Below are positions 18,617 through 28,068 of a DNA stretch of 64,000 nucleotides, one piece after another. Position 1 is the stretch's first letter. The number at the start of each line of letters is the position of its first letter. Source of the DNA: Rhodothermales bacterium. GTDB taxonomy: Bacteria; Bacteroidota; Rhodothermia; Rhodothermales; UBA10348. The notes below the pieces were generated by a model, which was not told the DNA's origin, made no database searches, and was given only the letters and a program-made list of their open reading frames with translations. The stretch spans positions 267,806 to 331,805 of the forward strand of contig JAEPNP010000001.1 in the NCBI GenBank assembly GCA_017643395.1. The letters run 5' to 3'. Made by a program: the position numbers and the translations under genes.

Positions 18617-21013
18617 TCAATCATTTCTGAGCGACTCAACCGGAGCCACACGTGCCGCCCCCAGGGACTGCCAAGCCGTCGTCCCCAGGGCGAGCAGCAA
18701 CACGGATCCGGCCGCGATCAGGAAACTCAAACCCGAGACCCCGGTGTTGTAGGCAAACCCGGCAAGCCATCGGTCGGCCACGATGTACGCCACGGGTGCG
18801 GCGACAAGCATCGCACATGCGACGAGCGCCACGTACTGCTGCGACAGCAGCATCACAATGTCGGTGGCGGTAGCGCCCAGGGCCTTCCGGATGCCCACCT
18901 CCTTTCTGCGCTGTTGGGTAGACAGCGCTACTACGCCGAACAGCCCGATGCACGAAATGAAGATGGCGAGCGCAGCAAACCCCTGAAGGACGTTGCGCAG
19001 ACGCCGCTCCTGCACATACATGGCGTCGATGTTCTCGTCCATGAAGTAGAAGCTTGCCGGCGTCTCCGGACTGAGCCTCGCCCACGTGGTCTGGATATGG
19101 TCGATGGCCCCCGAAATGTCATGGGGGCTGATTCGGGCGATGACCCGGGAGCCGGAGTTGATACCTCCTGCCAGGATGAGTGGCTCAACCGATGCGTGGA
19201 GCGACTCGAAATGGGAGTTCTCAATCACCCCGACGACGTTCCAGACTCGCTCGCTACCCCTGTCCAGTTCGGTCACCTGTTTCGCAATGGCACCATCTGT
19301 CCAGCCGAACGCCCGAACAGCAGCCTCATTGACCAGGATTGCCTGCTGGTCGCCCGCGACGAAGTCGCGACCTTCAGTCACGCGCATCTGCAGGGTGCTG
19401 ACGAAGTCCTGCTCGACCCTCAGGAACGGCACGTTCTGCACATTCTCCCGGTCGACCCCTTGGGGTACCACGGAGCGACGCGCGAGATGTCGCCCCGCAG
19501 GGACACGCGAGGTCACCGTCACACTGGTCACGCTGGGACTTGCCGTCAGCTCCCGCTTCAACACATCGAAAGAGGCCCCGCTCCCCGTCAACACCAGAAG
19601 TTGATCCTGCTCGAACCCGAGCTCCCTGTGCTCGATGTAGTCGAGCTGATTCAGGATGTTCAGAAGGATCACGAGAAGGATGGCCGAGGCCGCGAACTGT
19701 CCCACAGACAACGCTGTGCGGAGCGAGAGCAAACGCGCTCTCCCCATCGAAACAGTTCCTTTCACGGCCTTCACAGGGCTAAATCGCGATATCACGAACG
19801 CCGGGTAGAGGCCTGACAGGACTCCCGTGACCAGCCATACGCCACCCAGGAACACCAGGATTGAGGGATTGGCGAGCACGTCCAGGAACAGCGGTATCCC
19901 TATCGCAGACCGGAAATACGGAAGCGTGAGGGCCACCAGGGCCAGGGCGACAAGAACCGCCCCAAAGCTCAGCACCAGGGACTCGCTGAGGTATTGCCGG
20001 ACCAGTTGGCCCCGTCCAGCCCCCAATGCCTTGCGCACGCCGACCTCCCTGACCCTGCGGAAGGACTGGGCGGTCGTCACGTTTACGAAGTTGATGCAGG
20101 CGATGAGCAGGATGAGCAGCGCCACGCCCGCAAACACGTAGAGGTACATCATGCTGCCGTTCGCACCAAGCTCATCGATTCGGTGCGAGCGCAGATGGAT
20201 GTCCGGAAGGTGCTGGAGCGAGAAGGCCAGGCTGCCGTGCATCGCAATGGGCGCGTGGTTGTCAACAAACGCAGCGAGTTTGCTCTCCAGCGACAGGGCA
20301 GCACGCTTGTCGGGAAGCAACACGTATGTCCACGCCCCCAGCATGCCGGTTTCCCACCGCGGCGGCCCCTGGTTCCACCCGTTCAGCTCCGAGTCAAACG
20401 GAACCAGGAAATCGAAGTCGAAATGAGACTGCGCAGGAGGAGTCTCCACGACACCAGTCACCACCAGGTCACCCGTTCGACCAAGCAGGGTGGCCTTGAT
20501 TGTCTTGTCGATGGGGTCCGCGCCGCGGAAGTACCTCAGTGCCGCCCGCTCTGTGATGACGACGCCGTTCGGAGCGCGCAGCGCGCTCGCCGGGTCTCCG
20601 GCGCGAAACGGGATCGTGAACACATCGAAGACACTCGCGTCCGTGAAGTAGAACCTGGGCTCGGTATACAGCCCGTCTGCGTACCGGACACTCGCTCCGT
20701 TGGTAGCCCTGAATAGCCGCGCGACTTCTTCGATCTCAGGGAAATTGGCGGAGAGGGTTGGCCCCGTCGGGAACGGAGCGTTGGACATCGACTCAACGGA
20801 ATCGCCCACCTGCCGCTCTGACACGACTCGAAAAATGCGGTCGGCATTGCTGTGGTGACGGTCAAAGCTGAGCTCGTACTGCAGGAAGAGGGCGATCAGC
20901 AGACAGCACCCGATCCCTAAACCAAGCCCGAGGATGTTGATCCCGGTGTAGATCCTGCCCCGCCGGAGAGAGCGGACCGCGGTCTTGAGATAATTGGGCA
21001 AGAGAGATGGCAT
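18617..21013 (-). CDS. ABC transporter permease, FtsX/MacB-like (duplicated FtsX domains)
   Basis: 798 aa. N-terminal TM plus large periplasmic domain plus 3 TM, and this unit is repeated twice. Characteristic ...GIRKALGA... motif in both halves. Confidence 0.9.
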   Translation of the reverse strand: MPSLLPNYLKTAVRSLRRGRIYTGINILGLGLGIGCCLLIALFLQYELSFDRHHSNADRIFRVVSERQVGDSVESMSNAPFPTGPTLSANFPEIEEVARLFRATNGASVRYADGLYTEPRFYFTDASVFDVFTIPFRAGDPASALRAPNGVVITERAALRYFRGADPIDKTIKATLLGRTGDLVVTGVVETPPAQSHFDFDFLVPFDSELNGWNQGPPRWETGMLGAWTYVLLPDKRAALSLESKLAAFVDNHAPIAMHGSLAFSLQHLPDIHLRSHRIDELGANGSMMYLYVFAGVALLILLIACINFVNVTTAQSFRRVREVGVRKALGAGRGQLVRQYLSESLVLSFGAVLVALALVALTLPYFRSAIGIPLFLDVLANPSILVFLGGVWLVTGVLSGLYPAFVISRFSPVKAVKGTVSMGRARLLSLRTALSVGQFAASAILLVILLNILNQLDYIEHRELGFEQDQLLVLTGSGASFDVLKRELTASPSVTSVTVTSRVPAGRHLARRSVVPQGVDRENVQNVPFLRVEQDFVSTLQMRVTEGRDFVAGDQQAILVNEAAVRAFGWTDGAIAKQVTELDRGSERVWNVVGVIENSHFESLHASVEPLILAGGINSGSRVIARISPHDISGAIDHIQTTWARLSPETPASFYFMDENIDAMYVQERRLRNVLQGFAALAIFISCIGLFGVVALSTQQRRKEVGIRKALGATATDIVMLLSQQYVALVACAMLVAAPVAYIVADRWLAGFAYNTGVSGLSFLIAAGSVLLLALGTTAWQSLGAARVAPVESLRND

Positions 21014-21044
21014 GAGGGTTGCCGCTTCTATTCCGTCTCGATTC

Positions 21045-21266
21045 CTACCGGAAAGGGGGGCCTTCGCGTGTGGTGAAGTAGGTCCGGCCGTCCAAGAACG
21101 TCACCGTCTCGTGGATGAGCGCATGCTGGCCCGGCTCAGCGATCGGACCTTCACCTTCGGCGACGACGGAATAGGCCAGCCCGGATTCGGTAGTCGGCGG
21201 ACCGGGACTCGCACAGCCGGTGACGACCAGAAGAGCGATGCAGGTAAGCAAGAGAAGACGAGTCAT
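21045..21266 (-). pseudogene. Truncated FKBP-type peptidyl-prolyl isomerase-like lipoprotein (5' remnant)
   Basis: Lipobox VVTGC, then GLAYSVVAEGEGPIAEPGQHALIHETVTFLDGRTYFTTREGPPF, which resembles the first half of an FKBP domain. The ORF stops where the FKBP PFxFxLG... region would continue. Confidence 0.4.
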
Positions 21267-21275
21267 GGCAGGGGG

Positions 21276-22196
21276 TTAAGGAGTGGTGTCGTGGGCGAGT
21301 CGAAAGCCGTCTCCGCTCTCTCGGTACGAGCGGTCATGGTGAAAGCGGGCCGCGGAGCGCAGGTTGACGGGAGCGTTCAGCCAGGAGCCGCCGCGAAGCA
21401 CAAACTCGACGCACGTGGCCTCGTCGTCTTCGGTCCAGCAGTCCTGAACCATTTCCCAGACGTTCCCATGCATGTCGTAGAGTCCGAAGCCGTTCGGCGG
21501 GAAGCTCATGACCGGGTCGGTGGAGGCACGCCCTCCGCATTCACCGGACACGTAGCCGTAACGAGCCTGCGAGCAGTCGGCGGTCTCTCCCCACGAAAAG
21601 CGGCTGGTGGTACCCGCGCGGGCAGCATACTCCCACTCCATTTCGGAGGGCAGCCGGTAGTCCCGACCCGTGAGTTGGTTCAGCCACGGTAGAAACTGAT
21701 TCACCACGTCGTCTCGACTCACCTCGATGACCGGCCGCTGGCCCTTGCCCCAACCGTTGTCACCTCCGTCGGCGTCGTTGTCGGGGCAGGCACCAGCGTC
21801 GATGCAGGTCTGGTAAAGCTCCCAGGTCGCCTCAGTCTCCGCAAGGTAGAAGGGGGCTACGTTCGCCGTTGTCTGCCGCTGCTGGGCTGCTCTATCTGCC
21901 CACTCGTCATCGGCACAAGGCTCATCCTCCAGGCCGCACCCCATCAAGAAAGTCCCGCCGGGGATGGCTTTCATCGTGAAGGATACGCCGTGGACTGTCT
22001 CGACATAGTCTGTTGGGCGGGACGAGCCTGGTTGGTTGGTGTTGCCTTCCGGTGGGTTGGATTTGGCGGGGCTGGTGGTGCCCTCGGGCTCTTGGGCAGG
22101 GGGTTCAGGGTTGCTTTCGAAGCCGTAGGTCAGAGCCAGGAGCGCGACGAAAGCGGCGGCGGCGAGTAGTACAAAGGCCTTCTGCGGACGGGTCAT
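21276..22196 (-). CDS. Formylglycine-generating enzyme (SUMF1/FGE) family protein
   Basis: Motifs YRLPSEMEWEYAARAG, GLYDMHGNVWEMVQDCW, RGGSW. N-terminal TM/signal segment. Confidence 0.9.
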   Translation of the reverse strand: MTRPQKAFVLLAAAAFVALLALTYGFESNPEPPAQEPEGTTSPAKSNPPEGNTNQPGSSRPTDYVETVHGVSFTMKAIPGGTFLMGCGLEDEPCADDEWADRAAQQRQTTANVAPFYLAETEATWELYQTCIDAGACPDNDADGGDNGWGKGQRPVIEVSRDDVVNQFLPWLNQLTGRDYRLPSEMEWEYAARAGTTSRFSWGETADCSQARYGYVSGECGGRASTDPVMSFPPNGFGLYDMHGNVWEMVQDCWTEDDEATCVEFVLRGGSWLNAPVNLRSAARFHHDRSYRESGDGFRLAHDTTP

Positions 22197-22274
22197 TAGT
22201 TACTGGTTATCCATCCTGGCTGAACGCGACGGAGATCGACGGAAAGCTTTGACATGGCCGCTTCCTAGGGCTGG

Positions 22275-22598
22275 TCATCCCGCCACAAGAGCCACTTCAC
22301 CGGCCCCTAGTCTGACGAGGGCGCTCTCGATGGCCGGTACGACAGGAAGGAGGTCTTCATACCGGTTGGAGGAGGCACTAACAACAATCAGCCGAAGATC
22401 GAGTCCGGACATATCCTGTTGATACTCAATTCCTCGATCCAAGGTAACCAGCGCGTCGAATTCGTCGGCCGCCGCTTGCAACAGCGCTCCGTTTTCGACT
22501 CCGGCCCAACCGCGCTCTTGAACAGTAGTCACGAAATGAGGCGGACTGAAGCGATGCTTGAGCTTTCGCGGGACATTCTCGTCCAGCAGGACGCGCAC
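22275..22598 (-). CDS. DUF5615 (PIN-like, Mut7-C-type) putative toxin
   Basis: GTG start. N-terminal VLLDENVPRKL motif. 107 aa. Its start shares 1 nt with the stop of the upstream DUF433 gene. Confidence 0.75.
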   Translation of the reverse strand: MRVLLDENVPRKLKHRFSPPHFVTTVQERGWAGVENGALLQAAADEFDALVTLDRGIEYQQDMSGLDLRLIVVSASSNRYEDLLPVVPAIESALVRLGAGEVALVAG

Positions 22599-22831
22599 TA
22601 GGCCGCCTCAGCGTCCTTTGGAGTCAGATCCAACGCATCGTTGAGAGCCAAGGTAAGGAATGCCTCTGCCTGGGCCCGAGATACGCTCGGGAAATCATCG
22701 AGGAACGCCTCTATGCTTACCCCCGCTCTGAGGTGCTGAACGAGCGTATCAACCGGGACGCGGGTGCCAGTGAAAACCGGGACACCGCTGAGAATCCCGG
22801 GGTGGGAGTGGTAGATGTCTGCACGGTCCAT
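22598..22831 (-). CDS. DUF433 domain protein (putative antitoxin)
   Basis: HPGILSGVPVFTGTRVPVDTLV matches the DUF433 core (G.P.I.GTR.PV). 77 aa. Confidence 0.8.
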   Translation of the reverse strand: MDRADIYHSHPGILSGVPVFTGTRVPVDTLVQHLRAGVSIEAFLDDFPSVSRAQAEAFLTLALNDALDLTPKDAEAA

Positions 22832-23002
22832 AGCCGAAGCCCGATTTTGGATCTTATACGCGGTCTAAACCGTCGCGATCCACTCTGCGAATCCGTGCGG
22901 CTCGCGGCTGGGCATTGATCGGTGGACGTGGGTTTCACCCACCGGCCCGCCTAGGTCATCAAAGTGGCGATTCCACGGGTCGCCGGGCAAATCACCTAGC
23001 AC

Positions 23003-23485
23003 TCAAAGCGAGGACTTCCAAGACCAGGCCCTACTACTGACAACCTCCACGGGCACGCCGTTCAAAGTTGCCGGATGGAAGCGACTCGTAGCAAGGCCCC
23101 TGACAAAGGCATCCGTGATCTCCTGAAGGTCGTTCCTGGTGACTTTGATCTCTCGCACGCAACCGTTGACGTCAACCAGGAATTCAGCCTCCGAGAATAG
23201 CTCCACTCCGCCAGTTCGGATTCTGGTGTCGAGGTCGACGCGATCTCTCAGGTCGGCAACGCTGCCGATCAACCTCGGCTCGGTGTGGTCGCCTGCACTC
23301 AACTCCTGCTCTGCCGGACGCGGCCCTGGTACGTACGCGCCACAGGGCTCAAGGTCAGCATAGGGTGACTTCGTCGATGCACAGCCGAGCGCGCCTCCAC
23401 TGAACAGCGAGAAGCCCAGGAGCACCAGGACCAGATGGTCGGCGGCGGCCTTCCGAGGATGTGCTCGTGGTGTGGAGGTTCGCAT
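23003..23485 (-). CDS. Lipoprotein with TonB-C-terminal-like domain (hypothetical)
   Basis: Lipobox ALGC. The C-terminal ~70 aa (FLVDVNGCVREIKV...FHPATLNGVPVEV) resembles a TonB_C fold pattern. Confidence 0.45.
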   Translation of the reverse strand: MRTSTPRAHPRKAAADHLVLVLLGFSLFSGGALGCASTKSPYADLEPCGAYVPGPRPAEQELSAGDHTEPRLIGSVADLRDRVDLDTRIRTGGVELFSEAEFLVDVNGCVREIKVTRNDLQEITDAFVRGLATSRFHPATLNGVPVEVVSSRAWSWKSSL

Positions 23486-23716
23486 TGGGTGTTGCGACTA
23501 CGGGGTGAAGGGCCGATCCGTCATTCGAACGCGACGAAGATCGTGCTGGCAGAGGAGCGAGGCCAGACGCCAATTTCTGCCCACGCGCGCAGCTGGAGAT
23601 CACGACCTCGTGTCCATCGTACAGACTGAAGTGGCGCAATGCCTGATCGGGAAGTCCACGGGTTCGAACCCTACCTTCACCCCTTCCCTGTGCCTCCTGA
23701 TCTGAGGGTACGTCCC

Positions 23717-24577
23717 ATGACCGCTCAGCTGGAACCAGTTCTTACACAACACCTCTTCGGGCCTCTCCACGAGGAGCTGATGTCGCTCTTGAGAAGCCTG
23801 GGCGAGGAGCAGTGGACCGCTCGGACCTTGGCTGGAGAGTGGCAGGTCCGCGATGTGGCGGCACACTTGCTCGACGGCCAGGTGCGCCGCCTCTCTCTAC
23901 AGCGGGACCAGCTGCGGCTTGAAGCCGACACCCGTGGGGGAGATAGCTACGAGGACCTGGTCCAATTCCTGAACCGCCTTAACCACATGTGGGTCGATGC
24001 ATTTCGACGGGTCTCACCGACCCTGCTCATCGGGATGCTTGATCAAATTGGACCTCAGCTCGCCAAGTTTTACGAGTCACTTGATCCGATGGCTCCAGCC
24101 TTCTTTCCTGTGGCCTGGGCTGGCCAGCAGGAGTCGCTTTGCTGGATGGACGTCGGGAGAGACTACACGGAACTATGGCACCACCAGGCTCAAATTCGCG
24201 ATGCCGTCGGTGCTCCTCCTCTGCTCTCCCAAGAGTGGCTCACGCCGCTCTTGGAACTGAGCGTTCATGCTATCCCTGTGTCCCTGTCCGGTGCCCCAGC
24301 GACCGCCGGAACGACGGTCACCTTCACGGTGCTAGGGGACACCGGAGGGTCTTGGACGGCCACCGCCGCAGGCCGTACCTGGGCGCTGGAGGCGGGAAGG
24401 CCCGACTCACCGTCCGCCGAGGTCCGCCTCAGCCCTGACGATGCTTGGCGCCTGTTCTACAACGCACTACCCATGGACACCGCTTTGGAGAGAGCCGAGG
24501 TGCACGGGGATCCAGACCTTGCCCGGCGACTGCTCGGCGCTCGGAGCGTCATGGTTTCAAGGCGGTCAACTCCGTAG
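23717..24577 (+). CDS. DinB/MDMPI (maleylpyruvate isomerase N-terminal-like) family protein
   Basis: N-terminal four-helix pattern (W.VRDVAAHLLDG ... ELWHHQAQI) with His residues typical of the DinB_2/TIGR03083 family. Start chosen at the ATG at 23717. Confidence 0.6.
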   Translation: MTAQLEPVLTQHLFGPLHEELMSLLRSLGEEQWTARTLAGEWQVRDVAAHLLDGQVRRLSLQRDQLRLEADTRGGDSYEDLVQFLNRLNHMWVDAFRRVSPTLLIGMLDQIGPQLAKFYESLDPMAPAFFPVAWAGQQESLCWMDVGRDYTELWHHQAQIRDAVGAPPLLSQEWLTPLLELSVHAIPVSLSGAPATAGTTVTFTVLGDTGGSWTATAAGRTWALEAGRPDSPSAEVRLSPDDAWRLFYNALPMDTALERAEVHGDPDLARRLLGARSVMVSRRSTP

Positions 24578-24867
24578 TGAGAGGCGCCGCCCGTGCCTGA
24601 ATTAGGATCTGCGGCATGCGGCTGCTCAGCAAGCCGCACCGTCGCGTTGCTGTCGTCAGAAAGGGAGCGACAGATATGGCGCAATTGCTGAGGGGAGTCC
24701 GGTGCGCTCAGAAGCCTTGACCGGGGCAACTCATGTCGGCAGCCGACCAACTCATGGGTCACGGCGCACCGTCGCCGAAATGACGCACTGCACATAGAGG
24801 CGACCCTCAGGCTAAGCATCGGGTCCCGGCGCCCCATGTACAGATGGGCGATCGTCGCCTCGGCGAA

Positions 24868-25050
24868 CTACTTCTTGTGCTTCGTCGGGTCTACGAGCAC
24901 GTAGCCTTGACCTGGCTTCTCAGTCGGGGGAAGTGGCTTGCCTTTAGTGCTGGTCACCTCACGGCCCTGATCGCCGCCCCGAGGGCCGATAACCTTGTAC
25001 TGGCCGCTTTTTGGTGCAGGAGTTCCTGGAGAAATCTTCTTACTACCCAT
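24868..25050 (-). CDS. YjzC-like small protein
   Basis: 60 aa. PGTPAPKSGQYKVIGPRGG...EVTSTKGKPLPPT resembles YjzC-family proteins. Start at the ATG at 25050. Confidence 0.45.
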   Translation of the reverse strand: MGSKKISPGTPAPKSGQYKVIGPRGGDQGREVTSTKGKPLPPTEKPGQGYVLVDPTKHKK

Positions 25051-25227
25051 CTTTGTGACGATTGAGATCAGTTTCCGACATGACCTCGCACACATACTTC
25101 ACACAGTATCGGGTGTTTCCAAACCGTAGTTCAGATTCGCCACATAGACATTCATCGATTCGTTACGTGCACAGAGCAGATTGGGCATCGAGCCGCCCAT
25201 CGGAGCGAACCCCGCTCAGATGGCTTG

Positions 25228-25869
25228 CTAGTTGTGCAGGTCTCCAAACCAGAACTGGGTGCCTGGATAGCACGTGTACTGCTCGGACCTAAGAGACTGG
25301 ACTTGGAAACCGTTGGAAAAGCGAATGTCCTCGAAAGCCAGGCTGTACTTGAAGATCAAGACCTCTTCGCGACTCTCGCCTCGGTACGCCCTCTCATAGC
25401 GGGCATCCTCAAAACGTACCTCGCCTGAGGTCAGTTGGTGGTGAATTGGATCAAGACGGTGGGCCCAGTTGAGGAAGTCTTGCTGTCGCATCCCCATCCA
25501 CTCAGGGACGGATACCGTATCCGGTAGCTCGAGTAGCGCGAAATCCCGCATCGTGACGACGGGTACTTCAGGACACTCCACTCGCGCTCCCAAGAAGAGT
25601 TGGGTGTCTTCGGCGTGGTACCACAGAAGGTTGAATGCAAAGAGACCGGATGTCTCCGCATTTCGTACCTCGCGAGCACCGAACCGACCCGAGAACTGAT
25701 CGACAACGGAAACGGTGTCCACGCCGGTCGCCTGAGGAATGATTATGGTCCTGGGCTCCGGAATTGGGTCGCTGCTGTCCTGAGCACCGGGGATACCGAT
25801 GTCGGTGCCAGGATCCTGCACGGAACACGATGCGATGATCGTGGCGATGAGCAATGTCCGAAGGGTCAT
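25228..25869 (-). CDS. Hypothetical lipoprotein
   Basis: Start at the ATG at 25869 (MTLRTLLIATIIASCS; lipobox). No recognisable domain. Confidence 0.5.
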   Translation of the reverse strand: MTLRTLLIATIIASCSVQDPGTDIGIPGAQDSSDPIPEPRTIIIPQATGVDTVSVVDQFSGRFGAREVRNAETSGLFAFNLLWYHAEDTQLFLGARVECPEVPVVTMRDFALLELPDTVSVPEWMGMRQQDFLNWAHRLDPIHHQLTSGEVRFEDARYERAYRGESREEVLIFKYSLAFEDIRFSNGFQVQSLRSEQYTCYPGTQFWFGDLHN

Positions 25870-26065
25870 TCCGTGTTTTTCCCGTGAGGGTGCTGAATCG
25901 GCCATGGAGAATGCTTCAGCCAACCGGGCTTCGCCCCGGTTGAGCCAGCGTAGCAGTCCCGACGCCTGAGCGCAATAAGGCGAAACGCCCTTTCCGACCT
26001 CCGGGCGAGGGCTCGCGAAGGGATTTCACTCGGGGGATGCCGCCTTTCACTAAGTGGACCAATCG

Positions 26066-26515
26066 TCAGGACCCAGACGCCAGAGGAAAGTTGTACACCA
26101 CGGCACGGTCCGCCTCTTCCTGACCAGAAAGAGATTCGTACAGTGCACGCGCCGCGTGATTCGTCGTCTCGGTGGCCACCCATGCGTTCTTACAGCCAAT
26201 TGACCGCGCGTGGCTGAGAAGCCTCCGAATCAGCTTGCTCGCGATACCGCGACGCTGATGGGTTTCTGCAACTCCAACCTCGAGCACGAACAGTTCGGGT
26301 GGTTTGTCCGGGTGCACGTAGTCGATTCCCGAGGCAAACCCGACGACAACGGTCTCTTCTGTGGCCACGACGATGTGGTGGCGGGGGTCCTGGAGGAACT
26401 CGTCGGCTAGACGCTCTACCACCGGATTGTCGAAGACATCGGGGTCCACTGAACGAAGGACATCCCCATCGCCGTCCGCCAGCAATCGAATCTGGATCTC
26501 TTTGGAGTCCTCCAT
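26066..26515 (-). CDS. GNAT family N-acetyltransferase
   Basis: Acetyl-CoA binding motif A (HQRRGIASKLIRRLL). 149 aa. Confidence 0.85.
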   Translation of the reverse strand: MEDSKEIQIRLLADGDGDVLRSVDPDVFDNPVVERLADEFLQDPRHHIVVATEETVVVGFASGIDYVHPDKPPELFVLEVGVAETHQRRGIASKLIRRLLSHARSIGCKNAWVATETTNHAARALYESLSGQEEADRAVVYNFPLASGS

Positions 26516-26605
26516 GGTGCGGCGTAGCGAGTGGTCTCGAATCGGTGGCAGATGGTCGGCCGACTCAGCCGAATTCTACGCAAGCGCGGAATGTGTTTGT
26601 CGAGC

Positions 26606-27325
26606 TCAAGCAGCACCCCCCGCTTGCGTCGAACGTTTTCGAACGAGCACTACAGAAGCTACCACAAACCAAGCCGACGTCAGGATTGCAGTTGCGGCCC
26701 AGGTGCCGCTGGTAAAGGGACCCGGACGAAAGGGGCCCATGATCCAAGCAACCAGCGGCCAAAGGCCGACGAGGAATCCGCCAGGGACCAGAACAAAGCG
26801 AATCAGGCGAGCTTGCTCCCCCGCCGTCCGCGCTGCCGCTGAGATCGATGCGATTCCGACTCCAATGAGCAGCCAGCTGACGAGTCCAAGCCGAATGACG
26901 ATTTCCTGATTGGAGCGGAAGGCATGGACGGCATCGATGGAGGACCCGGCTGCAAGGATTGCTTCAGCCTGAAGAGGCGCCACGAAGCCATCCAGAACGA
27001 ATACGACAGCCCACGTCGCAGCGCCCATCGATAGCGACAGGAGCGCCAACATTGACCAATTGGATTGCCGTTCCAGCGAAAAGCGATCTGCCAGTCCGAC
27101 CGTTCCGAGTGCCCAGAGAATCGGTCCAGCAAGGATGCCACTGTGGATTTCCCGCCAGCCGACGTGGTCCGCAACGTGACGCGCGAAGGCACGAAAGTAC
27201 TCCGGCGACCCAACCGGCCCTAGTGAGGAGCCCGTTGACGGGTGCTGCGCACCACCCCATAGGAAGACGACAGCGCCCGTCGTCAGCAATAACGCGCAGG
27301 CTGCGGCAAAGAGGTTCTTGTTCAT
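26606..27325 (-). CDS. Polytopic membrane protein (hypothetical), divergent from the TetR gene
   Basis: About 6-7 hydrophobic helices. High third-position GC. Shares a 122-nt control region with the TetR gene. Confidence 0.6.
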   Translation of the reverse strand: MNKNLFAAACALLLTTGAVVFLWGGAQHPSTGSSLGPVGSPEYFRAFARHVADHVGWREIHSGILAGPILWALGTVGLADRFSLERQSNWSMLALLSLSMGAATWAVVFVLDGFVAPLQAEAILAAGSSIDAVHAFRSNQEIVIRLGLVSWLLIGVGIASISAAARTAGEQARLIRFVLVPGGFLVGLWPLVAWIMGPFRPGPFTSGTWAATAILTSAWFVVASVVLVRKRSTQAGGAA

Positions 27326-27393
27326 CAGATACTGGTGGGTTTTGTCGAACCACGAATGATCGAACAGTTGACTGTGAAGCCGACTGACCCAAT

Positions 27394-27435
27394 CTTGACG
27401 GCGTCAAGTTAGAACTGAATCTTGCCAGTGTCAAG
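27394..27435. promoter_or_regulatory. Two tandem operator-like palindromes in the TetR/membrane-protein divergent intergenic region
   Basis: aatCTTGACggcGTCAAG (27394-27408, perfect 6-3-6) and aatCTTGCCagtGTCAAG (27421-27435, one mismatch). Their centres are 27 nt apart. The second ends 12 nt before the TetR ATG. Confidence 0.5.
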
Positions 27436-27447
27436 ATCCTCTGAATC

Positions 27448-28044
27448 ATGACCTCAAAATCCTATCATCACGGCGATCTCCGTCGGACCCTTGTGGAGGT
27501 GGCGCTGGATATCGCGCGCGAACTGGGCGCGGATCAGGTTTCTCTTCGGCGTGTAGCTCGGCGGGCTGGCGTGAGCCATGCGGCTCCCTATCACCACTTC
27601 TCAGACAGAGCTGCACTTATCGCTGCCGTTGCGGAAGAGGGATTCCGTTCCCTGGCAGAGGCTGTTCTGGCGATCGAGCGCTCTATTGACAATCCAGTCG
27701 AGCGTCTGCAGGAAGCTGGCGTTGCATACGTCGTTTTTGCCGTGAACAATCCCGAGCAGTTTCGGCTGATGTTTAGCCGCGAGATTGCTGATACGACGCC
27801 CTACCCGGCACTGAACGCTGCAGCTTCGGAGGCGAGAGGGGTGCTCGAGCGAGCGGTTGATGCGTGCAACAGGGCAGCCCTCACACCTTCGTCAGAGGAG
27901 TTTGGGGTAGCAGCGGCCTGGGCGCTCGTCCATGGCCTTGCTACGCTGATAATAGACGGACAGCTCGGAGCCGAGGTCATGTCACCAGGTCTTGCAGCAG
28001 CACTCAGCCGAGAGGCCATCCACTCGTTTTGGCGAGGGCTGTAG
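27448..28044 (+). CDS. TetR/AcrR family transcriptional regulator
   Basis: N-terminal HTH (VSLRRVARRAGVSHAAPYHHF) and a helical C-terminal ligand domain. 198 aa. Confidence 0.9.
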   Translation: MTSKSYHHGDLRRTLVEVALDIARELGADQVSLRRVARRAGVSHAAPYHHFSDRAALIAAVAEEGFRSLAEAVLAIERSIDNPVERLQEAGVAYVVFAVNNPEQFRLMFSREIADTTPYPALNAAASEARGVLERAVDACNRAALTPSSEEFGVAAAWALVHGLATLIIDGQLGAEVMSPGLAAALSREAIHSFWRGL

Positions 28045-28068
28045 GCCCGAGGCCAACCTGATCACCGA

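Noticed and set aside
23660-23671. GGGTTCGAACCC, considered as a possible tRNA T-loop fragment or att remnant
   Set aside because: It is only a 12-nt palindrome. The flanks do not form a 5-bp T-stem, acceptor stem or anticodon arm on either strand.
24457-24837. 126-aa minus-strand ORF in the gap after the DinB-like gene
   Set aside because: It overlaps the 3' end of the DinB-like gene. It has R/S-rich composition, no recognisable domain and no convincing start context. It remains possible but unsupported.
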